A stretch of DNA of 64,000 nucleotides, taken from contig CBDDRH010000110.1 of the NCBI GenBank assembly GCA_965233025.1, positions 14,272 through 78,271 of the forward strand, in the 5' to 3' direction. Below are positions 9,484 through 20,875 of the stretch, piece after piece. The stretch is from an uncultured bacterium. GTDB taxonomy: Bacteria > Nitrospirota > Nitrospiria > Nitrospirales > Nitrospiraceae. The first letter of the stretch is position 1; each line of letters starts with the position of its first letter. Both the position numbers and the translations under genes were made by a program. The notes below the pieces were generated by a model. That model was not told the origin of the DNA. It saw nothing but the letters and a program-made list of their open reading frames with translations, and did no database searches.

Positions 9484-10481
9484 CCGATTGGCACCACTTC
9501 CACAATGTGCAGGGAGGTCTCTGCTCGCATATCCACCGTCTTCGATACCGGTGCGTGACCTGATGCAGCCGGTTGTGAAACGTGCAAGATCGGACGCAGT
9601 GGGTACCGCCGATTCAACTGAAACACCACTCCAATATCGCCGGTGTTCAAACGCACGGTCGTGCCTAACGGATAAACCGAGAGTTGGTCGATCAAATTTT
9701 TCAAAAGATGATGCGGAAACACCCTTTTGCCGTTGACGAGCATCGCACGGATTGCCTGATGAGGCGACAGGCCACGTCGATAGGGTCGTGGACTCATCAA
9801 CGCATCAAAGACGTCTGCCAGTCCGATGACGAAGGCCATCTCATCGATCCGATCACCGGTCAGCCTGTTTGGATAGCCGCTCCCATCAAGTCGCTCATGC
9901 TCTTGAAGAATCACCTTTCCCACCCATGGATAGGCTTCTCCGGTCTCCTTAAACAGGCGATCCCCGTGTTGTGGGTGCTCCCTCATGTCCTGGAGTTCTG
10001 CTTCTGTCAACGCCCCGGTCTTGTACACCAGAGAGTCCGGGAGGGCGAACATACCGAGATCGTGCAGCAATCCTGCTAATGCAACCTGTTCGAGCTTCGC
10101 CGGCTCGTACCCGAGTGCGCCCGCGATCTTCACACTCACGATTGCAACATTCACGGCATTGCTGACGAGATAGTCTCCGGTTTCTCGCTGCAGAACCGCC
10201 TGAACCAGCTTGTCAGTGGCTCCAAGAGACGCCACGACGCCGGATGCGACCCGGACTAATTCATCGAGCCTCCAAGGCTCCCTCGTCTGAACCGCTCGCT
10301 TGATTCCCTGAATCTCATGACAAGCGCGTTGATACCAGTCGATCTCAACAACAACCGGTGAAAGCGTGGCAGGAGGAACGGGAAGGCCGGTCGGCTCCTT
10401 GAGTCGAGTGGAACTTTTCACATCAAGACTCACGGCTTCCTGACTCGACTGTCCTCGAATAAGATCGCTTAACCGCGTCAC
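9480..10481 (-). CDS. HD-GYP domain protein (predicted c-di-GMP phosphodiesterase) with uncharacterised ~130-aa N-terminal region
   Basis: Motifs LLHDLGMF, HPQHG and HERLDGSGYP are the HD-GYP signature. Confidence 0.85.
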   Translation of the reverse strand: MTRLSDLIRGQSSQEAVSLDVKSSTRLKEPTGLPVPPATLSPVVVEIDWYQRACHEIQGIKRAVQTREPWRLDELVRVASGVVASLGATDKLVQAVLQRETGDYLVSNAVNVAIVSVKIAGALGYEPAKLEQVALAGLLHDLGMFALPDSLVYKTGALTEAELQDMREHPQHGDRLFKETGEAYPWVGKVILQEHERLDGSGYPNRLTGDRIDEMAFVIGLADVFDALMSPRPYRRGLSPHQAIRAMLVNGKRVFPHHLLKNLIDQLSVYPLGTTVRLNTGDIGVVFQLNRRYPLRPILHVSQPAASGHAPVSKTVDMRAETSLHIVEVVPIG

Positions 10482-10525
10482 AGCCCCTCCAGCCTCTCTC
10501 TCATGATCAGGCGTATCACAAGCGG

Positions 10526-10711
10526 CTATCGACTATTCACTCGTTTCCCAACTGGAAAGGGCGTCACAGGTTTCTCCTCCATCTTGGCAAACTCACGTTC
10601 CAACATAGCCCTGATGAATCCACTAGTCGTGTATCCCTGCTGTTTGAGGTTATCGAGCTGGGTTTTGAGATTCACAGGTAACTGAATCACGATTCGTACA
10701 AGGTTTGGCAT
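10526..10711 (-). CDS. ribbon-helix-helix (CopG/Arc-like) DNA-binding protein
   Basis: 61 aa. N-terminal beta-strand-like VRIVIQLPVNLKTQL followed by TTSGFIRAMLEREF helices. A good SD (AAGGGAG) lies 8 nt upstream of the ATG. Confidence 0.6.
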   Translation of the reverse strand: MPNLVRIVIQLPVNLKTQLDNLKQQGYTTSGFIRAMLEREFAKMEEKPVTPFPVGKRVNSR

Positions 10712-10780
10712 ACCCTAGCTCCCTTAAAAATTGGACAGTACTTATGCGAAGTCAGCACGGACGATTGCAGACGAATGCAC

Positions 10781-10838
10781 ATGCTATGCCTTGCTAGCAA
10801 GTGATGAAAAACAAGCAAAATTGAGAACTTATGCTATG
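10781..10838 (-). promoter_or_regulatory. candidate operator upstream of the RHH gene: perfect 12-bp palindrome flanked by direct repeats
   Basis: CTTGCTAGCAAG at 10790..10801. ATGCTATG occurs at 10781..10788 and again at 10831..10838. The site lies 70-130 nt upstream of the RHH start codon. Confidence 0.3.
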
Positions 10839-10976
10839 AAGCCTTCACTGATGCTGGAAGGAGAGACGAAAATTGCCTTGCTGAGACGTGAACTGTGCAC
10901 TCTCTCACGAATCCTGCATCTGAGAATCAGCAACCGGGGTTCTGTAAGCGGATCTATTCTCTGCTGCCCTTGGTAA

Positions 10977-13520
10977 TCATTGGAAATCGCGCCATTGCTT
11001 CCACACCCGAGCCCAGTTCGCCTCTTCACACGTCCATAGACATGAGGCGCTGTTCGTTGGCTGTCGCACCAACTCCCTAGTTCGATGGACATGAAGGGCC
11101 GAGTCGGAGAGTCCACCGGTGAACCACACCCCACCGTCACGGTCTGTTCGTAACACCGTGCTGCCTGCCGACCCATAGGCATCGAGAACAGTAGCGGCCG
11201 GGTGTCTGTAGCGATTATTGAGGCCTGCTGAAAATACAGCATACTGGGGATGCAACGATGCCAACCAGTCACGATTCAACGAGCTCGCCGCTCCGTGATG
11301 AGGCACCTTGAGGACCTTGATCGGACCATGCGATGGTGCGCGGGTCATCCGCGACAAGCCATCTCGCTCGACATCAGCGGCGAAGAGCATCGTATGGTTC
11401 CCACAAGTTAGACGCGTCACCACTGAACGATTATTCAACTCATGTCCACCCATATGGCTCTCATGGAGCGGCACATTGAGTGGCTCCTCCGCAGGTGGGT
11501 TGAGGACCACCAGTCGACAAGGACCGGACGACAGGATCTCCTGCCCCTCTCTGGCCACCTGCTCTTGTAATCCTCGATCGCCCAATGACTGCTGCAGTCG
11601 CCTATAAAACAGTTCGCCGCGGGTGTCTCCAGACCCCCAGTAGCGCTTGACGGTAAAATGGCGGATCACCCAGGCAAGACCTCCGACATGATCGAGTTGG
11701 GGATGTGTGCCGATGACCTGATCGATAGCATGAATTCCCCGGTTCCAGAGAAACGGAGCCACCACCGCACGGCCCATGTCGAATCGCTCATACGTCGTTC
11801 CTCCGTCGATTAACACCACTTGTCCATCAGGCAACTCCACGACTGCACTATCGCCTTGCCCGACGTCAAGAAACGTGACTCGAAAGTGATCCCCATCAAG
11901 AAACATCCGTGGGGACCAGGCCCACCACAGTAATACCAATAGCACTCCAATACACGCGGTTAGCCGAACCGCCGTGTTACCTACTCGCTGCCACAGCAGC
12001 GCAAGACAGCCATAAAATAACACCATGCTGAAAGCCGAAGGGGCGGCGACATGCCATTCCCCTCCCGGTAGCATCGACACCAGGCGGACCGCAGCCACAA
12101 AGTATTCGAGAAACCACTGATTCAGCGAAGCCAGTGGTAGCCCAGTTCCCCCTATCATGATCTGCCAAATTCCGGCAGCGAGTCCGATCGGGACAAGAAG
12201 AATTCCCATTACGGGAACAGCCATCACATTGGTAAAAAGACCGAGCCAGGGTAATTGATTGAAATAGTACGCAACAAGAGGAACGGTCACCAGAGTCACC
12301 ACCCCGCTCATGACCACAGAGTCTCTCCCCCATCGAATGCTGGTCCTCAGGATCGACGACTTGTTTGGCAGCTCCTCCTCTTCAGCCTCGGATGGCCAAG
12401 AGAGCCACCCGGCAATGGCGATGACAGACAAAAAGGAAAGCTGAAAGGAGATATCGAATAGCGCCTGAGGATCGTGCAACAAAATCCCCATCGCGGCGGC
12501 AGAGAGGGCATGAAACAGCCGGCGTTCCTGGCCAAGCCAAATCGCACTCAGGCCCACAGTCACCATCAGCAACGACCGCATCGTCGCCAGCTCCGCTCCA
12601 GCCAGACAGGCGTAGCCTGCGACAGGAAGGAGCGTACAGACAGCGGCCGTGCGAGTCGGCGTGACTCTCCTAGACAGCGCAAGGAGCCAATCCGCAGGCA
12701 ACAAAAGCAACACCCATCTGACGACCGCGAAAATGACCAAGGTAACAAGGCCCAGGTGACTCCCCGAAATAGAAAGGAGATGGACTGTTCCGGTTACCAT
12801 AAACTGATCGCGCAGCTCCGGGTCTAAATACCCTCGATCACCGATGATGATACCCACATAGAGTCCCAGTGCAGGCTGAGGAAGGGACTGTATTGCGGCG
12901 AGACGGATACTGCTCCTCCACCGATCGAATTGATTCCAAATCGCCCACCACGCGTGCGCACGCCCAGACTCAAGAAACTGCACCGCTTCGGATCCGGCTA
13001 CTGTTGCGATTGCATCGATTCCTTGCCGCTCAAGATACACTGCATAGTCGAATCCACCAGGATTCAACGACCCGCTCGGACGGCGCAACATCGTCCGAAA
13101 GCTGACCCGATCGCCTTGAAAGAATACTCGTTCAGGTGTGCGCCAGGTCAACCGAACATGTCTGGACGCTCCAGACGCATTGATTGGATCGTCCGACCTG
13201 ATGATCATGACCAGTCGATCTGGCGCCTGTTGCACAGGCGCTACGATACGACCAGTCACCTCAATCGCCGCATTAGGCGGATAGTCGTCCATCGGGTCAT
13301 TGGAAGCCAGATTGACAGCCACCGCCCAATAGACGACTCCCACTAAGAGAGCTCCGTAGAGCCACGTCGCCCGGCGGAAGGAGAATCGGTTGAATCGTTC
13401 AAGGACGAAGGCGCCTAGCGCAATGAAGAAGAGCAGGGATGAGGCGGAGAATGGGAAATAGGGAATCTGTGATCCGACGAGGAGCCCAGCAGTAAATGCA
13501 ACGGTGAGGGACGGCAGCAT
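10977..13520 (-). CDS. comEC: DNA internalization competence protein ComEC/Rec2
   Basis: 847 aa with a polytopic Competence domain. C-terminal metallo-beta-lactamase motifs VTFLDVGQGDSAVV, THPQLDHVGG and VPHHGA. Confidence 0.9.
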   Translation of the reverse strand: MLPSLTVAFTAGLLVGSQIPYFPFSASSLLFFIALGAFVLERFNRFSFRRATWLYGALLVGVVYWAVAVNLASNDPMDDYPPNAAIEVTGRIVAPVQQAPDRLVMIIRSDDPINASGASRHVRLTWRTPERVFFQGDRVSFRTMLRRPSGSLNPGGFDYAVYLERQGIDAIATVAGSEAVQFLESGRAHAWWAIWNQFDRWRSSIRLAAIQSLPQPALGLYVGIIIGDRGYLDPELRDQFMVTGTVHLLSISGSHLGLVTLVIFAVVRWVLLLLPADWLLALSRRVTPTRTAAVCTLLPVAGYACLAGAELATMRSLLMVTVGLSAIWLGQERRLFHALSAAAMGILLHDPQALFDISFQLSFLSVIAIAGWLSWPSEAEEEELPNKSSILRTSIRWGRDSVVMSGVVTLVTVPLVAYYFNQLPWLGLFTNVMAVPVMGILLVPIGLAAGIWQIMIGGTGLPLASLNQWFLEYFVAAVRLVSMLPGGEWHVAAPSAFSMVLFYGCLALLWQRVGNTAVRLTACIGVLLVLLWWAWSPRMFLDGDHFRVTFLDVGQGDSAVVELPDGQVVLIDGGTTYERFDMGRAVVAPFLWNRGIHAIDQVIGTHPQLDHVGGLAWVIRHFTVKRYWGSGDTRGELFYRRLQQSLGDRGLQEQVAREGQEILSSGPCRLVVLNPPAEEPLNVPLHESHMGGHELNNRSVVTRLTCGNHTMLFAADVERDGLSRMTRAPSHGPIKVLKVPHHGAASSLNRDWLASLHPQYAVFSAGLNNRYRHPAATVLDAYGSAGSTVLRTDRDGGVWFTGGLSDSALHVHRTRELVRQPTNSASCLWTCEEANWARVWKQWRDFQ

Positions 13521-13548
13521 GAGCCTCCCTCAATGAAGGACGACAGCA

Positions 13549-14898
13549 TTAACCCAGATGAGTCTTGAAGATGTCGGCAAGTCGATTAGCCACTTCACGA
13601 ATCTGGTCATCGGATTCACCTTCGACCATCACCCGCAAGAGCGGTTCGGTCCCGGAGTAGCGTACCAACACACGTCCGCTGCCGTTAAGACACTGCTCAC
13701 TTTCATGAATCGCGCGGTGGAGTTCGGGGACTGTATCGAAGTTCGGCTTCTTCGTGACCTTCACATTGAGCAATACTTGCGGCATCGCCGTCATGGCCTT
13801 CGCCAACTCTGACAAGGGTTTCTCCGTTCGCTTCATCAGCGACAAGACTTGCAACGCCGAAATCAAACCATCTCCGGTCGTATTATGATCCAGGAAAATA
13901 AAGTGACCTGACTGCTCTCCTCCGAAGTTGTAACCCTCGGACGACATTCGTTCGAGCAAATATCTATCACCGACGGCAGTCCGTGCGAGAGTGATACCTG
14001 CCTTCGTCATAGCTAACTCCAAGCCGAAGTTACTCATGACGGTCCCCACCACCGTCTGCTTGGCCAATTGCCCCTGACCATGAAGATCGAGCGCCAACAT
14101 CGCCATAATATGATCGCCATCCACGACACGTCCCTGTTCACAGACAAAGATGGCGCGATCGGCATCCCCGTCCAGAGCCACTCCGATATGAGCCTCCTGC
14201 TCACGAACCGCTTTCTGCAGCAGTTCTGGATGAACTGCACCACAGCCGGCATTGATATTCATTCCATCCGGTTTATTGGCGATCACTTCAACCTTCGCCC
14301 CGAGTTCGCGCAACACCGTTGGCGCAACCTTGTAGGCCGCGCCGTTGGCACAATCGACCACGACCTTCATCCCCTGGAAATCCAACTCCTTTGGAAGAGA
14401 CCGTTTCACGAACTCAATATAACGCCCCTCGGCGTCGTCTATTCGATAGGCTTTCCCAATGGCATCCGCCGTTGGCCTCAGATGGGCAATCTCATTCGAG
14501 ACGATAAGCTTCTCAATGCGAGCTTCCATCTCATCGGGCAGCTTGAACCCATCATTGGAAAAAAACTTAATGCCATTATCCTGATAGGGGTTGTGCGTGG
14601 CCGAGATCATCACCCCGGCATCGGCACGGAGGCTCCTCGTCAAGAACGCAATCGCCGGCGTCGGCAGCGGACCGACCAATAGAACATCGACACCCATCGA
14701 GCAAATCCCGGAGGTCAACGCCGACTCCAACATATAGCCGGAGATACGTGTGTCCTTGCCGATGACGATCTGATGGCGTCCGGCTCGGCGCATAAACAAA
14801 TGCGCTGCGGCTCGCCCTAGCTGCATCGCTATTTCACTCGTCATCGGATCGAGGTTGGCGACTCCTCTGACCCCATCGGTACCGAACAATTTACGCAT
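13549..14898 (-). CDS. glmM: phosphoglucosamine mutase
   Basis: [13 protein letters not shown]-terminus, ISATHNP phosphoserine loop, DGDADR and GEQSGH. Confidence 0.95.
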   Translation of the reverse strand: MRKLFGTDGVRGVANLDPMTSEIAMQLGRAAAHLFMRRAGRHQIVIGKDTRISGYMLESALTSGICSMGVDVLLVGPLPTPAIAFLTRSLRADAGVMISATHNPYQDNGIKFFSNDGFKLPDEMEARIEKLIVSNEIAHLRPTADAIGKAYRIDDAEGRYIEFVKRSLPKELDFQGMKVVVDCANGAAYKVAPTVLRELGAKVEVIANKPDGMNINAGCGAVHPELLQKAVREQEAHIGVALDGDADRAIFVCEQGRVVDGDHIMAMLALDLHGQGQLAKQTVVGTVMSNFGLELAMTKAGITLARTAVGDRYLLERMSSEGYNFGGEQSGHFIFLDHNTTGDGLISALQVLSLMKRTEKPLSELAKAMTAMPQVLLNVKVTKKPNFDTVPELHRAIHESEQCLNGSGRVLVRYSGTEPLLRVMVEGESDDQIREVANRLADIFKTHLG

Positions 14899-15826
14899 GT
14901 TGTGCTTTCATGGATACAACCGTCTCTCGGCTAATCGCTACTGCCACCTGCACCACATCCTTCATGGCCTTCACGTCGTGAACGCGAAGGATCCCTGCCC
15001 CACGATCCACTGCCATCGCCACTGCTGCGGCCGTGGACCACTGACGTTCCTGAACCGGACGATCCACGAGCTGCCCAAGAAACGCCTTCTGCGAGACACC
15101 GACCAGCAATGGACATTCAAACGGCTCGAAAGCGCGCAATCGGGCTAGCAGTGTAAGGTTGTGCACCAGCAGCTTACCAAATCCGATACCTGGATCAAGA
15201 ATGATTTGTCTTCGAACAATTCCATGTGCCATCGCGAAACGAATTCTCTCTTCGAAGAATTCCGATATCTCGCCGACTACATCATTATAGTGGGGAGCCT
15301 GCTGCATCGTACGCGGTGTACCTCGCATATGCATCAGGACGATTCCAGCTCCCGCTCTGGCAACCACATCGGCCATGGCAGGATCGCCTCGTAATGCTGT
15401 GACATCGTTCACGAGAACCGCTCCCGCGTCGAGTGCCTCGCGTGCAACAACAGCCTTTGAGGTATCGATCGAGATGGGAACGGTGACGGCTCTGGCAATT
15501 GCGGCCACAACGGGAATCGCACGACGACACTCTTCCTCCTCGTTCACAATATCGGCACCGGGACGCGTCGACTCTGCGCCGACATCCAACAGATCCGCCC
15601 CTTCTTCCACCATACGAACGGCATGGGCCACCGCGGATTCTACATCAAGAAAGCGGCCACCGTCGAAGAACGAATCCGGCGTCACATTCACGACACCCAT
15701 CAGCAACGGCCTGTCGAGAAATTCGATCAGCCTATCTTTCGCATGTCGTGCCGATATCTTTGGTTCTAACACCGAAGGACAATGCCTCCGTAGAAGGAAT
15801 TCTCCATGACGATCCCAGGTCGTCAC
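14891..15826 (-). CDS. folP: dihydropteroate synthase
   Basis: [14 protein letters not shown] and [10 protein letters not shown]. 8-nt overlap with the glmM start. The N-terminal ~40 aa are longer than is typical, so the true start may lie downstream. Confidence 0.88.
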   Translation of the reverse strand: MTTWDRHGEFLLRRHCPSVLEPKISARHAKDRLIEFLDRPLLMGVVNVTPDSFFDGGRFLDVESAVAHAVRMVEEGADLLDVGAESTRPGADIVNEEEECRRAIPVVAAIARAVTVPISIDTSKAVVAREALDAGAVLVNDVTALRGDPAMADVVARAGAGIVLMHMRGTPRTMQQAPHYNDVVGEISEFFEERIRFAMAHGIVRRQIILDPGIGFGKLLVHNLTLLARLRAFEPFECPLLVGVSQKAFLGQLVDRPVQERQWSTAAAVAMAVDRGAGILRVHDVKAMKDVVQVAVAISRETVVSMKAQHA

Positions 15827-15962
15827 TTATCGTGGCCGTATAGGATACACGCCACAACACTCCACCCGCGAGAAGCACTCCCTTCTCGCCTATCGTCTTT
15901 CAGATGTACTGCCCGGGACTCCAATGCCCTGAAATGGTGTCCCGGGATCAGCGATGCAGAAT

Positions 15963-17774
15963 TTAGGCTGGGACCGCTTGGGATGTGGACTGCAAGAGAA
16001 TCTGATCAATGTCGGACCCGTCGAGCACTTCTTTCTCCAAAAGCGCTTCCGCCAAACGCTTCAGACTGGCCATATTTTCCGTGAGCAGCCGCTTCGCTCG
16101 CTCATAATTTTCAGTCACAAGCCGCCTGACTTCCTGGTCAATCTCCATAGCTATTTGATCGCTGAAGTCGCGCTGGCTCCCCATCTCTCGCCCAAGAAAC
16201 ACTTGCTCATTTTGTTTGCCGAACGTCAGGGGACCCATCTTTTCACTCATACCCCATTCACAGACCATCTTCCTCGCAAGATCTGTCGCTCGCTCCAGAT
16301 CGTTCCCCGCTCCAGTCGTCATCTCCTTCAGAACCAGCTCTTCCGCCACACGACCGCCCATAAGGATGGCGAGCTGGTTGATCAAATACCCCTTCGAATA
16401 GCCGTGCCGGTCATCGACGGGAAGCTGCATCGTCACGCCCAAGGCGCGGCCCCGAGGAATAATGGTTACTTTGTGTACAGGATCTGTTCCAGGAATCAAT
16501 TTGGCAATTAGTGCGTGCCCAGCTTCATGATAGGCCGTCGTCCGTTTCTCCTCGTCGCTCAAGATCAGGCTCTTCCGTTCAGCCCCCATCAGCACTTTGT
16601 CTTTCGCCATCTCGAAATCGACGACTTCCACTTCTTTCTTGTTAAGTCTCGCAGCCCAGAGTGCCGCTTCGTTGACCAGGTTTTCCAGGTCAGCCCCTGA
16701 AAACCCCGGCGTGCCACGTGCGATTTTTTCCAGCTCCACGTTCGTCGCAATCGGAACTTTCTTTGTGTGTACCTTGAGAATTTCAGTTCGGCCTTTCAAG
16801 TCAGGTCGATTGACCACCACTTGCCGATCAAACCGCCCAGGTCTGAGCAAGGCAGGGTCAAGGACATCCGGCCGGTTGGTCGCAGCAACCAAAATCACAC
16901 CTTCTGTCGTATCAAATCCGTCCATCTCGACGAGCAATTGATTGAGTGTCTGTTCACGTTCATCGTGACCTCCGCCCAACCCTGCTCCGCGGAGCCGGCC
17001 AACGGCATCGATTTCGTCGATAAAAATAATGCACGGGGCATGTTTTTTCCCCTGCTCGAAGAGATCGCGAACACGGGACGCTCCAACGCCGACAAACATT
17101 TCCACGAAATCCGATCCGCTGATACTAAAGAACGGCACACTGGCTTCACCCGCAATGGCCTTGGCCAGCAACGTTTTCCCAGTACCCGGAGGACCGACGA
17201 TCAAGACGCCCTTGGGAATGCGGCCGCCGAGCTTTTGGAACTTGCGCGGATCCTTCAGAAATTCGATGATCTCGAGGACTTCGTCCTTGGCTTCATCGAC
17301 ACCGGCAACGTCGGAGAACAACACTTTCTTACGCTCCTCCGTCAGCATACGAGCGCGGCTCTTCCCAAATGAGAGGGCCTTATTACCCCCCATCTGCATT
17401 TGCCGCATCAAGAAGAACCACAACCCTAGGAACAGTACAAACGGCCCCCAGGTCACAAGAAACGTAATGTACCAAGGGCTTTCGTCCGGTGGCTTCGCCT
17501 CAATCTGCACACCACGATCCCGCAAGACCTGCACCAATTCAGGATATTCCACCGAGTAGGTTCGAATACGGGTCTTATCCTTCAGGACGGCGCTGATGTG
17601 GCTGGCTTTAATGATGACCCGCTCGACCTCACCCTTGTCGAGCTTGGTCATGAACTCACTGAAAATCACATCTTCTTCAGGCTCATGGTGCGGCACGCTG
17701 AATAGGTTGAACAGCAAAATCATGAAGAGGCCGACGACGACCCAGAAAAGTATATTCTTTGTCCTGGAATTCAT
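15963..17774 (-). CDS. ftsH: ATP-dependent zinc metalloprotease FtsH
   Basis: Walker A GPPGTGKT, Walker [10 protein letters not shown], zinc motif HEAGHAL, and an N-terminal TM segment. Confidence 0.97.
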   Translation of the reverse strand: MNSRTKNILFWVVVGLFMILLFNLFSVPHHEPEEDVIFSEFMTKLDKGEVERVIIKASHISAVLKDKTRIRTYSVEYPELVQVLRDRGVQIEAKPPDESPWYITFLVTWGPFVLFLGLWFFLMRQMQMGGNKALSFGKSRARMLTEERKKVLFSDVAGVDEAKDEVLEIIEFLKDPRKFQKLGGRIPKGVLIVGPPGTGKTLLAKAIAGEASVPFFSISGSDFVEMFVGVGASRVRDLFEQGKKHAPCIIFIDEIDAVGRLRGAGLGGGHDEREQTLNQLLVEMDGFDTTEGVILVAATNRPDVLDPALLRPGRFDRQVVVNRPDLKGRTEILKVHTKKVPIATNVELEKIARGTPGFSGADLENLVNEAALWAARLNKKEVEVVDFEMAKDKVLMGAERKSLILSDEEKRTTAYHEAGHALIAKLIPGTDPVHKVTIIPRGRALGVTMQLPVDDRHGYSKGYLINQLAILMGGRVAEELVLKEMTTGAGNDLERATDLARKMVCEWGMSEKMGPLTFGKQNEQVFLGREMGSQRDFSDQIAMEIDQEVRRLVTENYERAKRLLTENMASLKRLAEALLEKEVLDGSDIDQILLQSTSQAVPA

Positions 17775-17877
17775 CCAGATCTCCTTGTGGATGGCAGGGT
17801 CAGATGGTCAGAAAAACCACCAACATGAGTGATGTTACCATAGGTACGTTCCAACTGACAACCGTGCGGCCAATGCC

Positions 17878-18432
17878 TTACTCTTGATCTCCCTCTCCCT
17901 CCAGATCCAACACAGCTAGATAGGGAAGGTTCCGGTACTTCTGCTGGTAATCGAGTCCATACCCGACCACATACTTATTCGGAATCTTGAACCCCACATA
18001 GTCGATCGCGACATTGACGGTTCGACGATCTGGCTTGCTCAGCAAGGTGCAGACTTTAATCGACCGAGGCTTCTCTTTTGCCAAGGTCTTGACCAAGTGT
18101 TGGACCGTCAGTCCGGAATCGACGATGTCTTCAATCAGCAAGACGTCTTTACCCTTGATGTCCTCAGTCAGCTTCGTCACCACTTTAACTTTTTTAGGCT
18201 TGCCGGATTTTTTTTCCCGAGCCCCCTCACTTTTCACCATAAGAAAATCCACTCGCATGGGAATTCTAATTGCGCGAGCCAAATCGGCATAGAAGGCATA
18301 CGCCCCTTTCAACACTCCTACCAAGACAAAATCTTTCCCTGTGTAATCGGTCGTAATCTGTTTGCCCAACTCGCGAATCCTGGCGCGCATTTCTTCTTGT
18401 GTCACGATCGGCCGACCGAAAATCCGTTCCAT
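17878..18432 (-). CDS. hpt: hypoxanthine phosphoribosyltransferase
   Basis: PRPP-binding loop VLLIEDIVDSGLT. Located in the conserved tilS-hpt-ftsH neighbourhood. Confidence 0.92.
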   Translation of the reverse strand: MERIFGRPIVTQEEMRARIRELGKQITTDYTGKDFVLVGVLKGAYAFYADLARAIRIPMRVDFLMVKSEGAREKKSGKPKKVKVVTKLTEDIKGKDVLLIEDIVDSGLTVQHLVKTLAKEKPRSIKVCTLLSKPDRRTVNVAIDYVGFKIPNKYVVGYGLDYQQKYRNLPYLAVLDLEGEGDQE

Positions 18433-18438
18433 GCTCCC

Positions 18439-19923
18439 TTACTCCTTCTCTGATACCCGATTGCTCACCGAAACAACCAAACACCGTGTCGTCTCATCAC
18501 GAACGACGAAGCGCTCATCTTGCCGCATTCCCACCACCCAGAGAATCCCTTCCGGCGCCACCAATAATGGAACCGCCTCCCGTGCGCGGCGAGCAAGCTT
18601 CCTATCGGTAAAGAAGTCTTGTAGTTTCTTGCTCTTCCCCTTCATCCCGTAAGGAAAGAATCGATCGCCGGCTTGCCAATGGCGAACGACCAAGGGTTCC
18701 GAAAACCGGTCGGCATCGAACAATGCCAATCCGGGTGAAGAAGACATCCTCAGCGCATCAGCAGCACGACGAGTCGTGAGTTGTACATCAATTTGCTGAT
18801 TCGTTCTAGTCCATGAGACTGCTGAAGGCACCGGAACTGCAAGCACCTCTCTCTTCTCTTGCTCTAAATCAATCTGATGCCTGCAATCTCCTCCTGCGCC
18901 CGGGCTAAATTGCACCGAGCCCTGATTCAGAGTCACGAGGGCCTGCTTCAAAGACAGCTGAGCGCCGTTCCTTCCCTTGAGGAAGACACGCCGAACTGAC
19001 TCCACCACGCGAAAGCTGCTGGCGCGTCCCTCTTCTTCGTAAGTCCGTAAGATTGCCCGAACGAGACGCCGCTGAAGGGCAACAGGCAATTCGATGAGGG
19101 CCTGGCGATTGACTCGTTGCACCCCTCTGGAATCATGGCTGACGAGTGTGCGCGCCAGCTCATTTGCAACTCCCGTCAAATATTGTTCGTCCTCGCGTAG
19201 CAAGTCCGCCTGCTGCTGCAACACACGAACAGCAGCCGGCGCCAACTGCGTGATGACAGGAAGGAGTTCCTTCCTGATCCGATTGCGACGATAGAGCAGT
19301 TTTTCATTGCTCGAATCACGACGATAGGTCAGCCCTTCTCGATCCAAGTATGCCAGCACCTCTTCGCGGGTGGCTGCGAGAAGAGGACGAATAATCCTGT
19401 CTTCACGAACGTACGGCATTCCCGCCAATCCCGTCATACCCGCCCCACGCAACATCCACATGAGTACCGTTTCCGCCTGGTCATTGGCGGTATGACCGAC
19501 CGCGATGCGGTCAGCTCCTACCTCGTGAGCCAGTTGCGTCATAAAGCCATACCGCGCGTCGCGCGCCGCGGCTTGAAGCGATGAGCGCTGGCGTCGTTTG
19601 ACCAGCCTGGGTCGATGGATGACAAGAGGCAGTTCTCGTTCTCGACAGATGGTATCGACAAACGATTCATCACCGTCGGACTCCGCTCCGCGCAGCCCGT
19701 AGTTACAATGGACCACCGTCAACCTGAGACGCCAGGACCGAACCAGGCGATGGAGGAGAGACAACAACGCAATTGAGTCGGGTCCGCCCGACACCGCCAC
19801 CAGTAGGTGATGACCTGGAACGAACAGCTGTTGCTGACGCGCCGTCCGAACAAGATGGGACAACAGTGCCGGTCGAGCGACAGACCTGGATGATGGCCTC
19901 ATGATCGTCATGTCAATCGCCAT
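18439..19923 (-). CDS. tilS: tRNA(Ile)-lysidine synthase
   Basis: PP-loop VAVSGGPDS and a C-terminal TilS substrate-binding-like region. Confidence 0.9.
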   Translation of the reverse strand: MAIDMTIMRPSSRSVARPALLSHLVRTARQQQLFVPGHHLLVAVSGGPDSIALLSLLHRLVRSWRLRLTVVHCNYGLRGAESDGDESFVDTICRERELPLVIHRPRLVKRRQRSSLQAAARDARYGFMTQLAHEVGADRIAVGHTANDQAETVLMWMLRGAGMTGLAGMPYVREDRIIRPLLAATREEVLAYLDREGLTYRRDSSNEKLLYRRNRIRKELLPVITQLAPAAVRVLQQQADLLREDEQYLTGVANELARTLVSHDSRGVQRVNRQALIELPVALQRRLVRAILRTYEEEGRASSFRVVESVRRVFLKGRNGAQLSLKQALVTLNQGSVQFSPGAGGDCRHQIDLEQEKREVLAVPVPSAVSWTRTNQQIDVQLTTRRAADALRMSSSPGLALFDADRFSEPLVVRHWQAGDRFFPYGMKGKSKKLQDFFTDRKLARRAREAVPLLVAPEGILWVVGMRQDERFVVRDETTRCLVVSVSNRVSEKE

Positions 19924-19925
19924 GA

Positions 19926-20870
19926 TTACTGCACTCCCTGCGGAATACGCCGCAAGCTGATGCGCGCCTGCTCCACATCACGGGCAATTTGCTTCGCCAG
20001 CTCATCGGCAGATGCAAAGCTGTGATCGCCGCGTATCCATGCCGCAAACTGCACGGTAATCTCCTGACCGTAGAGATCGCTGGTCTGATCCAACAGATTG
20101 ACTTCGATCATCCGCTCGCCTGCTCCAAAGGTCGGCCTAGTCCCGATGTAGGCGATCGCATCATACGTGTGAATCCCGCGGACAGTCCGCGCAGCATAAA
20201 CGCCATCGGGCGGCACGACGCGATCGGCCGGAACGCGGAGATTGGCCGTAGGCCAGCCCATCACCTGCCCCTGTTGCATCCCGTGTACCACGATACCTCG
20301 AATCCCATAGATGCGTCCGAGCAATGTGGCAGCCCGCTCCACATTCCCTGCCTGGATAAGCTGGCGAATCCTGCTTGAACTCACCACGTCCCCCTCAATC
20401 ATCACGGGAGTCACGGGATGCACGCGGAAACCGTACTGCTCGCCGAGATGCACAAGGTCATCGATACGCCCTGCCCTGCCCTTTCCAAACGCAAAATGAT
20501 TCCCCACGAACAATTCAGACAGGGTGAGAGTACGATGCAGGATGTCTTCGGCAAATTGATCCGGGCTCATCGCCGCAAAGGTGGGGGTAAAGTCCAAGAA
20601 GACCACTTCGTCAATCCCCGCAGCTTCGAAGTGCGCAAGTTTTTCCTCCGGACTGGTGAGAAAGCGAAGATCGACGCGGGGTGCAAGGATTTTCACCGGA
20701 TGCGGTTCGAAGGTCAGCACGAGCGCAGTCCCTTGTGCCTTGCGGGCCGTCTCGACCACCGTCTGCAGCAGCGCTCGATGGCCCAGATGGTGGCCGTCGA
20801 AATTGCCGATCGTGGCGACCGGATAGGCACGTGGACACTGGCCGCACAGCCCACGCGTCACTTTCAGCAT
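19926..20870 (-). CDS. ribF: bifunctional riboflavin kinase / FAD synthetase
   Basis: N-terminal IGNFDGHHLGH (FAD synthetase) and C-terminal GWPTANL riboflavin-kinase region. Confidence 0.92.
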   Translation of the reverse strand: MLKVTRGLCGQCPRAYPVATIGNFDGHHLGHRALLQTVVETARKAQGTALVLTFEPHPVKILAPRVDLRFLTSPEEKLAHFEAAGIDEVVFLDFTPTFAAMSPDQFAEDILHRTLTLSELFVGNHFAFGKGRAGRIDDLVHLGEQYGFRVHPVTPVMIEGDVVSSSRIRQLIQAGNVERAATLLGRIYGIRGIVVHGMQQGQVMGWPTANLRVPADRVVPPDGVYAARTVRGIHTYDAIAYIGTRPTFGAGERMIEVNLLDQTSDLYGQEITVQFAAWIRGDHSFASADELAKQIARDVEQARISLRRIPQGVQ

Positions 20871-20875
20871 GGTCG

